A stretch of 64,000 nucleotides of DNA from the human T2T-CHM13v2.0 reference genome, Homo sapiens, in assembly GCF_009914755.1 (NCBI RefSeq), contig NC_060936.1; one strand, given 5' to 3'. Shown here one piece after another: positions 14,381 through 28,268 of this stretch. The stretch's first letter is position 1. The number at the start of each line of letters is the position of its first letter. Position numbers and translations under genes: made by a program. Below the pieces are notes generated by a model. The model saw only the letters and a list, made by a program, of their open reading frames with translations, was not told where the DNA came from and did not search any database.

Positions 14381-15299
14381 CAAATGATCATTATTTTGCT
14401 ATTTCTTCTCCCAATACTACTATCCATTGTTCCAACTTTTTATTGAATATACAAAAGAATGGGTGTCACCATATCAGGAAAATTCTCTCTCCAGAAACTC
14501 ATTTCTCAGCCACTGCTTTTTCTCAGTTGCGGAAATAATTACCTAGAAGAGTACCATACCTTTACTAACTAGATGATACCTTTCCTGGCCTAGATGGACC
14601 AAAAGTAACACAAAAGTAAATTCACCCAACCATAGCCCAAGTATAGGACAGTGATAAGCACAATTTTTATTTACCTATTGTATGCATCCTTATTTACCAT
14701 AGAGCTATTTTAAAAAAAAAAAGTCTCTTCATTTACATAAGCAACTTCAAGCTCTGTGCCTGAATTCTAGCCAGTATTTCATGAAGGTTCAGCCAGAGAA
14801 ACACGTTCATTATAATTTACCCTCCCAAATATTGCAGAATGTTATTTGTGTGGCCTTTAAGCAGTTGTCATATCCATTCCCAACCATGGCTTCATTTCAA
14901 CCACAAAGAATAGCAGATGCACTATGTTTCCCGAAATTCCTTTAAAAACAGTCTTGTAGATTCCAAAAGAAATGGGAACATTAATGACTGGAGAGTTGGG
15001 AATTAAGGGCTGGAGGTAGATAGTGGGAAGGGAATGTAAAGAATCCAGTCTTATCAAGAGCCAAATTGTTAACAGAGAGCAAGGGTTTATAACATGACGT
15101 GGCAGGAGAATTTACAAAGATGAAAGTCAAATGTCAAGAGTGAGAAATAATCTAAGAACCAAAATATTTGCAGAACTAGATAGTATGACATTACTTGTGG
15201 AGAAAAAAATGGATTCTTTTCAAGGCCCAGAAAAGGTATTGTAAGGGCAGGTTTTGCCAAAAAAAAAAAAAAAAGCCTTTACAGAGATGTTTGCATAGT

Positions 15300-16333
15300 T
15301 AAGTGGCATGGTTTATAAAACTTGCAAAAAAGGGAAAAAAATGGAATAAATTTTATAGATGTAGTATGAAACTATATTTTATTTTTCTTAAGGAGAAATA
15401 TTTTCTGATCACAGATGTAGACCAATATTCCAGCAGGACACTCAACAAAGTTCCTTATGTAGTTCTGGTAGAAAAAATAAAAAAATAACATGGAGAGAGA
15501 TCCCTGATAGATAACCAAAGGAAACTTACTGAGTCCTGTTTTATTCAGCATTTTAATCAATAACTTGGGGAAGAATATTTATACTAATTTTAAAAATATG
15601 CACATGGCCAGATGGTAGAAAGAATAATGAAGGTGTCAGTTGGCAAGAATCAAACTTCAAAAATACATGGGTAGGCACGAAAGTTGAGATCAACATAATC
15701 AAATGATATTCGTCTGGGTTAAATGTGAAACCAACTTCATAAAGAACACATGAGAATGTTTGGCTTACTTTGGATATTAGATTATTGTAAATTTGGGAAA
15801 CCCGGCTGTCAAACAGCTAATATGATCTTAAACTACTTTAATAAAAAGATAGCATACCAAACAAGGGAGATGATAATTCTATTGTACTTGACTGTAAGCG
15901 GAACACACTGATACACTGATAAACTGATCATTGGTAGCTTGATCAAGTTTCCAGCATGAAATATCTAAAAAATCATTTAATTTGAAAGCCAGCTAAAGAA
16001 ATTTAAGCTGCTTAGTTTGAAGAAGAAAATACTCAGACACTGCCTGAGATGTATAATGCACCCAGAGGCAATCACATGAAAAAATTGTTAAAAGTAACTC
16101 CAAAGAGTAGAATATGACCCTAAAAATGCCAATTATAGCACAGTAGATTTTTGTCTCAGTATAAGGAAAATCTCTTGCAATCTGAATGGAATGGATTCTC
16201 CTCATGATCCAGGTGAGTTCTCTGCCACAAGAAATGTTCGAAGAAAAGGAGTCACGGGGTCAGCTGTCAGGGATTCCTTCACTCAGTGAGATGTTGAACT
16301 AAATGACCCTTAAGGTTCCTTCTAAGACTCTTA
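15300..16333 (+). mobile_element. CR1/L3 LINE, RT region to 3' end
   Basis: Degenerate CR1 RT peptides in order (SRTLNKVPYVVLVEKI; LLSPVLFSILINNL; ANMILNYFNKKIAYQTREMIILLY) and L3-type 3' end gttgaactaaatgacccttaaggttccttc. Confidence 0.8.
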
Positions 16334-16706
16334 ATATGGTATTTATGTAGTAAAATATAAGCAAATTGAGTCAGTTCTGTCTGACATGATAACATGAATG
16401 TGAGGTCATTACATACACATAGCCCCATCACAGAGTATGTGTGTGATTACTAGAGACAAACCTTAGCTCTTCTGTGTCTGTAGATCAATTATGTCAACAG
16501 AGTTATGGGCTAGACTTTGAGCTAGTGAGGTTGAACGTAAAACGGTGTCTGAATTTATTCAAGTTGATGTTATAGGCTTCACTTTTTCCATAATTAGAAA
16601 GCATATGTCAGTCAGCAGGAAGGCTACAGAGAAAAATGAAGAGTTTTCAGTTCTCCTGACAATGGGGGTCACACAGGGGAAAGGAAAAAAGGTGGCCACT
16701 CAGAAT

Positions 16707-16770
16707 ACACACACACACACACTCTCTCTCTCTCTCCCCGCTCCCTCTCTCTTTATATATATATCTCTCT
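16707..16770. repeat. Compound (CA)n(CT)n...(TA)n microsatellite
   Basis: Direct reading. Confidence 0.9.
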
Positions 16771-17855
16771 TCTGCTAACAGCCCAAGACCAGGCTTCTGT
16801 GACTCTCAACATTTCTCAGCAGCTTGTGAGCAAATCTTCCTCTTTAATATCCAGATGATCTTTGCCACTGAGGTTAAGAACAGTAATATACTTTTGCTCT
16901 TCTCAAGGGACAAATTTCCCAGATTGTAAGATACCATGCTTGTCTTTGAGTTGAAACTACAATAAAATACAGAAAGAATTCTAGATTATCTCTCAGCTCT
17001 TGTTTTAAGATCAATGATTCAACATGGTTCTCCTTCTGACAGTAATGTAATGAGACATGTTTCTTGCAGATTTGAGAATATAACTCTCACTACTTTATAG
17101 TTCTGCTATGTTCATCCTTCTTAAGCTGTCTTTCACTCAGGCGAATCAAACTTTGAGAGGCTCTTTGCTCTAGACCCAGCTCACCCACATATTTTTATCT
17201 CCCCATCACACTCCTTGCCTCATCTTACCTCTGCACCAAAGGTCAAAGCTGCAGCCCAGCAGTGGGCCAGGGACTCTGAAAGTACAGATATGGAAAGAGT
17301 CCACCCACTAGCCTATGCAGATGGGGAAAATGGATCTATCTAGTCTTCATGGGAATGGGGATACACTGTGTAAACACCTGGAGCTCTTCCACATTTAGAG
17401 GATGCCAGTGACTTAAAGTCACTGTCCTTCCCCCCAAAAAACCTAGACTTTCCAAAGACTGGGAAATGTTTTAAATGTTAGTATTAAAAAACTATAATTT
17501 ATACACTTAATGTCAAATTTAAATAATATAAAGGTCAATTTTATAATACACTACCAAAAAATAGCAAAAACTTCACTTTACTCAATGTCTTTACTGAAAA
17601 TTCATTCAACTCTCTTCCAGATGAATTCATCTCTTTCGCACCCCAATCACCAAGGGGCAGGACACTGAAAAGACAAACACACACACACACAAAAATAAAA
17701 CACCTCACACACCAGGGATAAAGAAAAGAGTAAGTTAGTGATTTCATGTACAACATCTACTTTCCGCTTATAGGCAACAGGATTCCCTATGTAATGAGTT
17801 ACAGACATTCTTTGATCTCCAAAATATAGGACAAGAGAATTGGTAACGGAAATAG

Positions 17856-17876
17856 GTTTTGTTTTGTTTTGTTTTG

Positions 17877-17905
<29 letters not shown>
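17856..17905. repeat. (GTTTT)10 microsatellite
   Basis: Ten perfect pentamer units. Confidence 0.95.
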
Positions 17906-17907
<2 letters not shown>

Positions 17908-18390
17908 GAAAACCACAGATAGGCAGCAGGGTGAAATGCCACCTTTGTTCCAAGCAATAGGCAGAGTTAGGTGGGTGTTAACAGAGACATATTTCAAAAG
18001 CTAAAATACTGCAGTAATAAGACGCGATGATCTTGGCATAAGAATCTGGGGCACATGGACAAAGAGAGCTGACTGAAGTCTGTGAATACCCAGAGAAATT
18101 GATGAAGGTCTCTGGGCTCTTCAACGGGATAAAAGTATGTTTCATTGTAATGAAGGAAAAGGAATGTCAAATGATCAGAGGAAAAGAGTGTGATGAAATT
18201 CTTTTAAATAGACAAAGAGGCCTGCTCCAAGCAGCAGAACTCTACAATCTACCTGCTGGCCAGACTTGGTGTAGATTAGCTGAGGAACTAGAAGAGGCTG
18301 AGCCTGAGAGTTCAGTGTTTTCAGAATTTGCACCTTAGCAGGTCAGGGAAAGGCAAAATTGAATGTATACCTAATAAAAAAACATATCCC

Positions 18391-18722
<332 letters not shown>

Positions 18723-18841
18723 CTATGTAGGTGTCTGTCTCCCTGCTAAATAGGAAGCTTCCTGAAGTCAGGAACAACCTAGAGGAGTGACTAAAATACG
18801 GCAAGTGCTGAATAAGTATTTGTTATGCGGGCACAATAGCT

Positions 18842-18924
18842 CAATTTGAGGAGTCCCCACATGACAATTTGAGCTGTCCCCAGGTGACAGAATTTCAACT
18901 GTCCCCAGGTGATAGCTGTCCCAC
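18842..18924. repeat. Degenerate 23-25 bp tandem repeat (about 3.5 copies)
   Basis: caatttgaggagtccccacatga / caatttgagctgtccccaggtga / cagaatttcaactgtccccaggtga / tagctgtccca. Confidence 0.8.
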
Positions 18925-19449
18925 TAATGATGGCCTCCCTGTGTCCACCTTTTTGCAATGTGACTTCGCTGTCTCCCCATTGAGAGCTATAGTCAATTTC
19001 CACCCCCCTGCCCCCTTGAAATGAGCTGGCCTAAAGACTCATCTTGGCCAATATGATGTGATAGAAGTGTCACTGTGCTAGTTCCCAGCTTAGGCCTCCA
19101 GAGGCTTTGCATACTTCTGCTTTCTCCCTTGGAAGCCTGCCATGATAGGAGAATAAGTCTGGCTAGCCTGCTGGAAGATGAGAGACCACATGGCTAAGAG
19201 CCCAGCTGTCCCAACTGAGGTTATCCTGGACCAGCCTGTAACCAGCCAACACTGAAACATGGGGCAACCCAAGCAGGATGAGCAAAGAAGCCTACCAACC
19301 AAAGCTGACCACAGATGCAGGAGTGAGTCCAGTTGAGACTAGAGGAACTATCCAGTTGACTGCTAACCTTATGAGAAACGAGACATGGTTGTTATTTTAA
19401 GCCAGTAAGTTTTGTATATTTCATTATATAACAATAGCAAACTAACACA
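18925..19449 (+). mobile_element. MLT1 (MLT1H-like) MaLR LTR
   Basis: tttgcaatgtgacttcgctg...gctagcctgctggaagatgagagaccacatgg...gttgttattttaagccagtaagtttt...caatagcaaactaaca. Confidence 0.8.
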
Positions 19450-19669
19450 CCCCACAAAATGTTGCTTTTATGTTTTATGTTCTTCATTACTAACCTTGTT
19501 TTTAAATGTTTATGATCTGTTTTAGCTTCGCAATTCAATTCAAAAGAAAAAGCCAAAGGAATCCTTATCATTAATTCAATTATAACATGTCTGCATGTGT
19601 CATTTCCCTGTTCCCACTACTTGCTACTACTTAATAAATTCCTCATTTATTTCTTAATTTTTCCATTAA

Positions 19670-20030
19670 AATCAGTCCCTAGATGTTCCCCTGGCATCCA
19701 TCCTTGTTTTAACCCCATCTGCATAATATGTAAGGGTTATCTTGATAAAACATGGGTGTGATCATATCACTCCCCTCCTTAAAAAGTTTAGACCTTTCCT
19801 ATCACGTACAGAATGAAGTGTGAACTACTCAGATGGCCAATTCCATCTCTGACATTTTTGCCCAAACACCCTTTTCCAGGCTGGTCTCACACCACAACTC
19901 CCACATGCCTTATGTCCCAGCCACCCCAGTCTGCCTCCACCCTTTACCAAGCATGTCTCCTACTCTCTCACCTTCATATTTTTATTCAGCTTGTTTCATG
20001 TGCTTGCAATCACTCACCAAAGTCTCATTC
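19670..20030 (+). mobile_element. L2 fragment
   Basis: gtgatcatatcactcccctccttaaaa...cagaatgaagt, an L2 ORF2/3'UTR signature. Confidence 0.6.
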
Positions 20031-20094
20031 AAAGCCTCCAATTCTAAAAAGGTATCCTAATTCTCCACTGTATCTTCATGTAATGAAAAGAATG

Positions 20095-20350
20095 TAATAA
20101 CACCAACGACAATATTAAGTGTGTACTATGAGCTATCACTCTGCTAAGCACTCTATGTGCATTCTCTTTTAATCATCACATCAATCTTGTGATGTAACAA
20201 ATATAGCAACAGATAACAAAATAGTTATGATTACTATTTTCCATATGTAATATATGGGCAACTGAGACTCAAAATGTTAATCCGTTGTCAAATATCTACT
20301 AAGAGGCAGAGCTAAAATTTGAATCTAAGACTCTAGGAGCCAGTGTGCTG
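20095..20350 (-). mobile_element. MIR
   Basis: tactatgagc...ctctgctaagcactctatgtgcatt...gcaactgagactca...ggcagagctaaaatttgaatc. Confidence 0.7.
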
Positions 20351-20499
20351 TGTTAAGTAATGTTTTCATTTGAACTTTCCATATTTATGGAAATAAACTA
20401 AACTAGGCCACAAAGTAGTTAAATGACTTGCCCAAGGTCACAGAGTCACCAGCAGTACTACATCATGAATCAAAATATTTTGATTCCCTCAATCTTATG

Positions 20500-21510
20500 C
20501 TAATTTTCTGCTGCCCAGGAAAGGATAATTGCTGACTGGTCTCTCCAGCAAAGCTTGAGAGTTTTGCCTTTGCCCACTTTTTCAGTAAAGAACGCCTCGA
20601 CTAAACTAAGCAGGTACATTTCATTTTCTCCTACTGCTTTAATCATCCATAGTTATTCAGCAAAGGGTCCCAAGGCTAGAGGGAGAAATTAAGCCTAAAA
20701 CCAAATTAAAATAATTTGGGGTTTAATTTGATTCAAATGTCAGAAAAATTCCACCCAGTAACCCTGTTAATATACAACTGAACTAAATGTCCTATATACC
20801 CAATTGTATTCAATTTTGCTGGGACCACCGATGCCTTAAACATGTTAATCTCATTCTCATTCTATCCTACTTTATGCACTTGTCTCTCAAAGAGTGCCAC
20901 ATAGCTGAACTTATTTGCTTTTCAAGAACTGCACGCCATTTTAATTACATAAAATGTCAACCAAGGCAGTCCTGAGTCCTGGCGGACACACTTACATACT
21001 TAAGAAAGCAGACCTGCCATTGGCCGTGGTGATCAGGGTCCGGAGGCTAGGGGCTGAGAAAGGCCTGGTGAACCAGGAATATACCAGATTTTTCCCACAG
21101 GTATCAGGGCTGAGGGGAAAAAAAAAAGGAAAAGAAAAAATCCCTGATTGAATTGAAACCCAGGTGAACCATGTAAGCTTGGAAATAGCTCTTTTACAAA
21201 CTCAAAGGGGAAGAAAGGGAAACTGACACAGCTTGTTTTGCCGCTGTGCCTGTTGTCCACTCCCTTTCTTTGTCCATGCAGGCTGCGCTGCAGGTGGGGG
21301 CTGGGAGGGAGCAGGTAAAAGGGCCCGTTCAAGAGTGCCTAGTCCTCCCGGTTTGAGACTCTGCACAAAGGAGGGACAATAAATACAGGCTTCAAAGGAG
21401 AAAAAAAAAAAGTATGTAGCACGATCCACCTCCTCCAAGGAACCTTTGATAGACAGTTCTTACCTGCTGCTTTCTGTTCAGCTTCTACCTCCCAAAACCA
21501 CAATTCATCT
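20500..21510. promoter_or_regulatory. Candidate cis-regulatory element (repeat-free, locally GC/CpG-richer, HMG-box motif cluster)
   Basis: SOX-type ctttgt 21268, acaaag 21365, acaat 21376; TCF-type ttcaaag 21391, ctttgat 21444; homeodomain inverted repeat 20701-20719; motif-only evidence. Confidence 0.35.
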
Positions 21511-23856
21511 AAGAAATATCTTTTAAAAATTGTTTTTTCTTAAGGCCTATTAAAATAGGCATAACTGTTAACTAGATGAAATGCAGGATCATGTCTAACC
21601 TAGGCTAGGAGAAGTGGCCACTGAATATTATTTGAAAAGCTGTCTTAAGTCTATGAGAAGCCCCTGCATAAAAGAAGATGAACTTCAGTGGAATTCCCCA
21701 ACTCTTCAGCCATTCATTGCTTATCGGACACGTATCATCAGAAAAGGTGAAGATTCTATTTCATATAGTCTAGGAGACAGAAAGGAAATGGCAAGTACAA
21801 TGGGACTTGGCTGCTACCAATGGTCTGAAATAGAAAAAGTACTATTCAAATTCTAGGACTATACCTGCCAGAAACATCTGCATTATTTCAGGTGACTTAA
21901 CCCCCAGCGCCTCTCCCTGTGCAATGTTATAGCTTATTAGCACTTCTGCAAAAGGGCAAGCCGTACCAGAGAACTGAAACACAAAGATTTGCCAATTCAG
22001 CTAGAAAAAGATCTCATGGGCGGAAGAAAAAAAGCAAGGAATTTAAGTGTTCAGAAAATATGCAAATTATCTAAGGATTTCATACATCCTATTATGGTCG
22101 TTTAAGCCTGTAACTAAGATTCCAATCCATGTAACAAACTCAGAGACAATTGTGAAGATACAATTTAGGCCAGTGGGAGCCATCTTTCATGGAACCTACA
22201 TTTTTAAGAATAAAGATCCCAACTTCTTCATCTCACTGATTAGGCTGATCAATCCCCAATCCATAAATACATCACATTCCAAAAATTCATCCTTAAGCTA
22301 GTTATTTAGAAATCCAAAAGCATTCTCCCATTGATCCAATGTAATAAATGGGGATCGCAACCCCAGACCAGCCTGCAAATACCAACTTATCTCAAATACA
22401 CCAGGAAGATTCTTCATAGCAGCCCCACGCCTCTCTGGGGCATAAGCCAATGGAGCCCTCGTGAACCTTAAGACCTTTTGGGACTGATATCCTGTCATCT
22501 CAGAGGCAAGGGAAGAGGAAGGAAGGATAAAATATCAGGTTCCATCTGAATAGCTTATGTGGCAGGTAGAGGGAGGCTCAAGTGGGAGAGGTCTAAATAT
22601 ATAATTTTTCTCCCAAAGTCAGGTAGATATTAGAAGAGAGATTATGTGTGATGAAGCTTTCCACTTTGTTCCAAAGAAAAGATGTTGAATTGCGGGGACA
22701 GAACTGGACTCTCAGAACATTAGAAGGGCCACTATAGGGAACACATATAGTATTCAACAGAATGGACTAAGTTTCCAGCAAATATAACCATTAAAATAAC
22801 ACATTTCTCTCATTTCTACTGATTATAACCATTACTGATACTGTCAATCAGAGAAAAATTATAAAAATCTAGGCATAAAGACCTTATTAATATATTCAAC
22901 TCTTACCAAGCATTTGCTAGAACCATAGAATGCTTGCTCACAAGAGAGCCTTGGAAGTCAGCCACCCAACCTCGTTTTAAAAATGAGGTTACCAAGGGAA
23001 GGAAAAATTAAGTGGTTTCCTGTTACTTAGACACAGAAATCACCTGGTGCCCACTGGGAAAACAATTTCACGTGCCTCTTATATAAACTTTGGTTTCCCT
23101 TCTTTCCTTTTCGAGGAAAGCATCTCCCTTTGAACTCTGGGGACTTTGCTAGAACTATCTTTGCTGCTAGGAGAGACCACTTCCCTTTTTCTCCAAGGAA
23201 GACCTGCCTTGGCCTGAGCATCATTACCTTCCCTCTGCACTGGCTGACTGCAAGCAAGTGGAACATGAAACTGGCAATGGAGATATAAAGCTCCGGCAAA
23301 TGTCGAACTCACTTAATTTGCTGACCATCCGATTAATGGCTGGTCACCACATTTCAAGTCAGCTCTAGCTAAACCTCTGGAGCTTCTTGCCAAAGGCTTC
23401 TTAAAGAGTCCTGGTTGTTGTTTTTTTTCCTATACACACTTAAAAACCTCATTAAACAAGAGAGAATGTTTTTAAAACAGTCAAATCATGTTTTATCCAT
23501 AGACTTGCATGTCAGAGGTTATAAACTCTTATATTCAACAACAGCCTCTGTAGGATCCATGCCAGAGTATCAGAATAAAATGAAAAACCACTGGCAACGG
23601 TGCAATAATGGTATCCCATTAACAACTGAGATCTTAAGAGGCAATAACTGCAAAAGCATGTTACCATTAAACTAAGTGCATGTGCCTTCCACATTCCAGC
23701 AAAAAGGTTTCAGAAGATGGCTGCAGCTTAAAGGACTTGGATGAGGGAAAAGGATGTTTCTAGTTTAGGATGCCCCACTCCCCTGCATCCCCTGGGCAAG
23801 TTTTCCTTAAATCACAAGAGACCCTAAAAGGAAGACTATTTTGATGGCAAATACCC

Positions 23857-24080
23857 TAGTGTAAGAACTGTCAGTCCAAGATCAGTTTTTTTTTAGTCGC
23901 TCTGAATATTTGGAGAAATTATCTAAGCACTACTAGCCTTAGTTTTTTCAGCTATAAACTGGTGATAATAATTATGCTCATGTAAGAATTGTTGGAAGGA
24001 TTAAGCGATTCAGGGCTATGCATCAGAGTTGGGTAAAGTGAGGAGTATAAGTAAGTGCTCAATATATGTTACTTGCTATT
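23857..24080 (+). mobile_element. MIR
   Basis: gccttagttttttcagctataaactgg...aggattaagcga...taagtgctcaatatatgttacttgctatt. Confidence 0.65.
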
Positions 24081-25526
24081 TTTTTAAGAAAACCTAATTA
24101 AATAGAATGTCTTGCAGAGTCCCCCATAACCACTGATATCAATTGAAATTAACTTGCTGTTACTATCACCCAGAAGTAAAATTGGGAGACACTGTGAGTG
24201 GCAGAAGCAATCTTTTGCTCCTCTAGCGTCTTTACTAAAATGTGCAAGGGCCCCAGAACATGCATGACCATAGAGGTGAGGTAAATTGGAAGTAGATTTT
24301 TACGTTACTTAGCTTGGCATGAGTTGAAAGCATCCTTACTCTTCCTACATAGCCCCTGATACTTGAGGTATGAGCTGAGAAATCCTCCTCCTTTGAGACA
24401 ACTGCTCACTTTCTCAGTTCTGATCTCCCATGGAACTGAGGGATGCAAATATCCTTCAGTACAGGCCTGGATTAATCCTCTCCTCTCCTGGCCTCCATCT
24501 GCCTATCCATCACAGACGCAGCCCCTCTGTAGTAAATCTCTAAGCCTTCGGCCTGCAGGACCTTGGTCCCTCTTTCAATATCACTGCAGGAACCTCCCTC
24601 CTTCACAGCACCCCATCTTTCTGCACTGACCTTCCACTCTCCTGTGTCCTCTCATCCCCTCCCATCCTGGCTCTTCAGACTTTCCTGTCCCACACATCCC
24701 CAAACCCTTCCAATCTGAGTCACCTCTCTTATTATCTTTACTTTCCTTGAATGTGTAGACACATTTAATAGAAACAAAGAAGCTTAATTTTTAAAAACAT
24801 TGTTCCCTAATCATAAATCCACCTGACCCAGATGAAAATGTTTTCACTTCCCCTTTTGAGAGACCCAAATAGATATGTACAAGTTAAACACAGTGACATG
24901 AGGTCTGCCGAGGTCCCTCATTATATTTTCCATAACTTTTGGGGTAATTGCATTTTATAATAGTCATCTCCCATGAATCCTCTGTGGAGAATCACTTCTT
25001 TTCTTTCAGTTGGTTTGAAGGGGCATGGTCACTGTTCATTGGTGCTGAGTAGTGATTTTATAAAATACACAGTAGGAACTTCAGACTTAGAAAGGAGGCC
25101 CACTCTTGTTGATGAAGCTGTTAAAGTGAAATTAGGACCATTATGAGGACCTATGCCAGGACTGAAAGCAAGACCTAAGGAAGGCAGTTTGGTTTGGGCA
25201 AGATTGAGGTTGAAATAAGGACCCAGAGAGCGGGGCCAAGAGTGAGAAGCAGAACAAGTCCAGAGGCTGCTGTTCCAGTGGGAGTGACGAGGCTGGAACC
25301 CTTCCCTGCAGACACAGAACTAGGGTCCAGAAGGGACACAGGGGTCACAGCCTGTGCTTGGCATCAGGGAAAGGAGAAGGTGGCTTGGGGCAGCCCTCAG
25401 GGTGGCCTTCACCTAATTCAGCATAGGTCATAATATCATAGCTACAGAAAAAAATGACAGTACACAGAGAATTAAGGAGCTGAAGTAGAATATGTTTATG
25501 ACAGCAGGGTTAACATTCCATGTCCT

Positions 25527-25840
<314 letters not shown>

Positions 25841-26014
25841 TTACAGAATTTTTAATGACAGAAAGAACCACAGAATGCACCATGGACAGTATGTTGCACT
25901 CTGTTTCTTATTGGGGTACCTATAATTTTCCTACAATATTCTGAGTTAACCACATGAATAAACACCTCTATTAGCTTTTTCACTTTCTCAATAGCCTTAT
26001 GAGGTAGGAATTTT

Positions 26015-26445
26015 TAAAATTAACTAAATAATTCTTTATTAATATGTATTATATGTACATATTTTAAGGGTACAGGTGATACATTCATATAATGAAATCA
26101 AGGTAATTAGTGTATCCATCACATTTAATATTTATCTCTTCTTTAAGCTAAGAACATTTGAATTATTCTCTTGTAGTTATTTTGAAATCTGCAAATGGTT
26201 AGTGTTAACCGTAGTCACCCTGCTGATCTATCGAACATCAGGTCTCATTTCTTCTTTTTAATTAGATATTTGTACCCAATAATTATCTTCTCTTTGTACT
26301 CCCTCTCCCCTACCCTTCCCGGCCTCTGGTCACAACTAATCTATTCTCTAGCTTCATGAAATCCACTTTTTAGCTCCCATAGATGGATGAGAACACGCCA
26401 TATTCGTCTTTCTGTGCTTCGTTGTTTCACTTAACATAAGCCTCA
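26015..26445 (-). mobile_element. L1MA 3' end
   Basis: Antisense L1MA 3'UTR (gtatccatcac...agaacatttgaa...atccactttttagctcccatag...tcacttaacataa). Confidence 0.8.
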
Positions 26446-27381
26446 AATGTCTGCCGTGACTGATGGCAGCATCTCAAGGGCAGCCACTGGCCATTGGCCT
26501 TGGACCTATGAAGGGCATGCCCCAGCTTAAGCCAGTGCCAGCATTTTGAGTGCTTGGGCATGTCTAAGAAACTAAAGGGATGGGCTCTGCAGAAGTCTAT
26601 TTTCATGAGAAACAGAGGAGCTCCCTAGAGGAGAACTTACTTAAAGGAAAGGAAGGAATCAAACAAGCTCAATCAATTAACAGAGCTATAGTCATAGGAT
26701 GAGAGAAGCGGTTTAGAAACCACCATGATGGCTATCCCTTGAAGCTCTCCCAGCCTGGCCTGTGGGTCCTCAGGGAATAAGAAAGGAGAAGATGTAAGTA
26801 AAAACCAAAGGAGCTTTTTCATTAAAACCTTTAGGAGATATTGTGACATGACCATCCAGCTTTGGTGCCTAACATAATTGGGGATAAGAATCTCTCTCAA
26901 ATACTTCACCCCAGACCCTGTTGAAGCTTTAACTTCATGAAGGCTTCAGGCTCCCTGAGGAAGGTGACTAGTGGGAAACTAGTATCCACAGGGGTCTGTG
27001 CTCTCAATGGAAGAAGACCGCAGGGTCTGAAAGAGGCCATGGTGCAAGGCAGATGCTGTGGCACCTGACAGAAGCAGCAGCCATGCCTAACACAGATAGT
27101 GGTCCCCACTGCAATTAGAACAACAGGAAACATTGGCAGCACCCAGGAAAAACCAGGAAACACACAAAAAGTGGCAGGCATTCTCAGCAGATATTGCACC
27201 TGAACTGTCTGTGAATCTGTAATAGGCCCTCCTGAGAACTCCCCACAGCACATCAGGGAATAGTGATTTTGTGGAGGATTGTGGTCTTAAATGAGTAGGA
27301 AGAAGCAAGAATCAATGAGATCTGGACTCTTAGTAATATTATACAATCACAAAGTGGTGCAGCCTGGGGAAGTCTGTGTTA

Positions 27382-27810
<429 letters not shown>

Positions 27811-28268
27811 TCAAGAAAATTTCAGGATGTGCTTATCCTCTAACCAAAGATGTGTTCAGTACCCTTCCTCCTTTCTGAACAGAATGAAGTCATCAGCCCT
27901 AATGGCCATGCCAATTGTGATTCTGTTTTTCTCCTACTTTTCTTTGGCCTATGATTCCTAATTCGAATCCACTCCTCATCAGTTCCCAAGGGGCTCTAGT
28001 AACCTATCCTTAGCACTTTTCCCACTGGTTACAGTTTAGAAAGGCCTTTCTGGCTATTGCTATTCCAGCTGCTTTCTCCATATTTTGACCCCTTATCTGA
28101 ATGGTGTGTTCCAGGGGGATTCTTCACACTCTGTCTTAGCCTCTGAGCACAATCAGTAAGTCATATCTTCAAAATCAGACTTTTTGGAAGAAGGAAGTGG
28201 GAGAGGGTTAGGTTTTTAAATCCTTTAAAATCTGTGTCTTCAAGTCCTTCATGGAAGTGGATAAAAAG

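Noticed and set aside
17647-17997. ORF with KQNKT repeats
   Set aside because: Translation of the (GTTTT)10 microsatellite.
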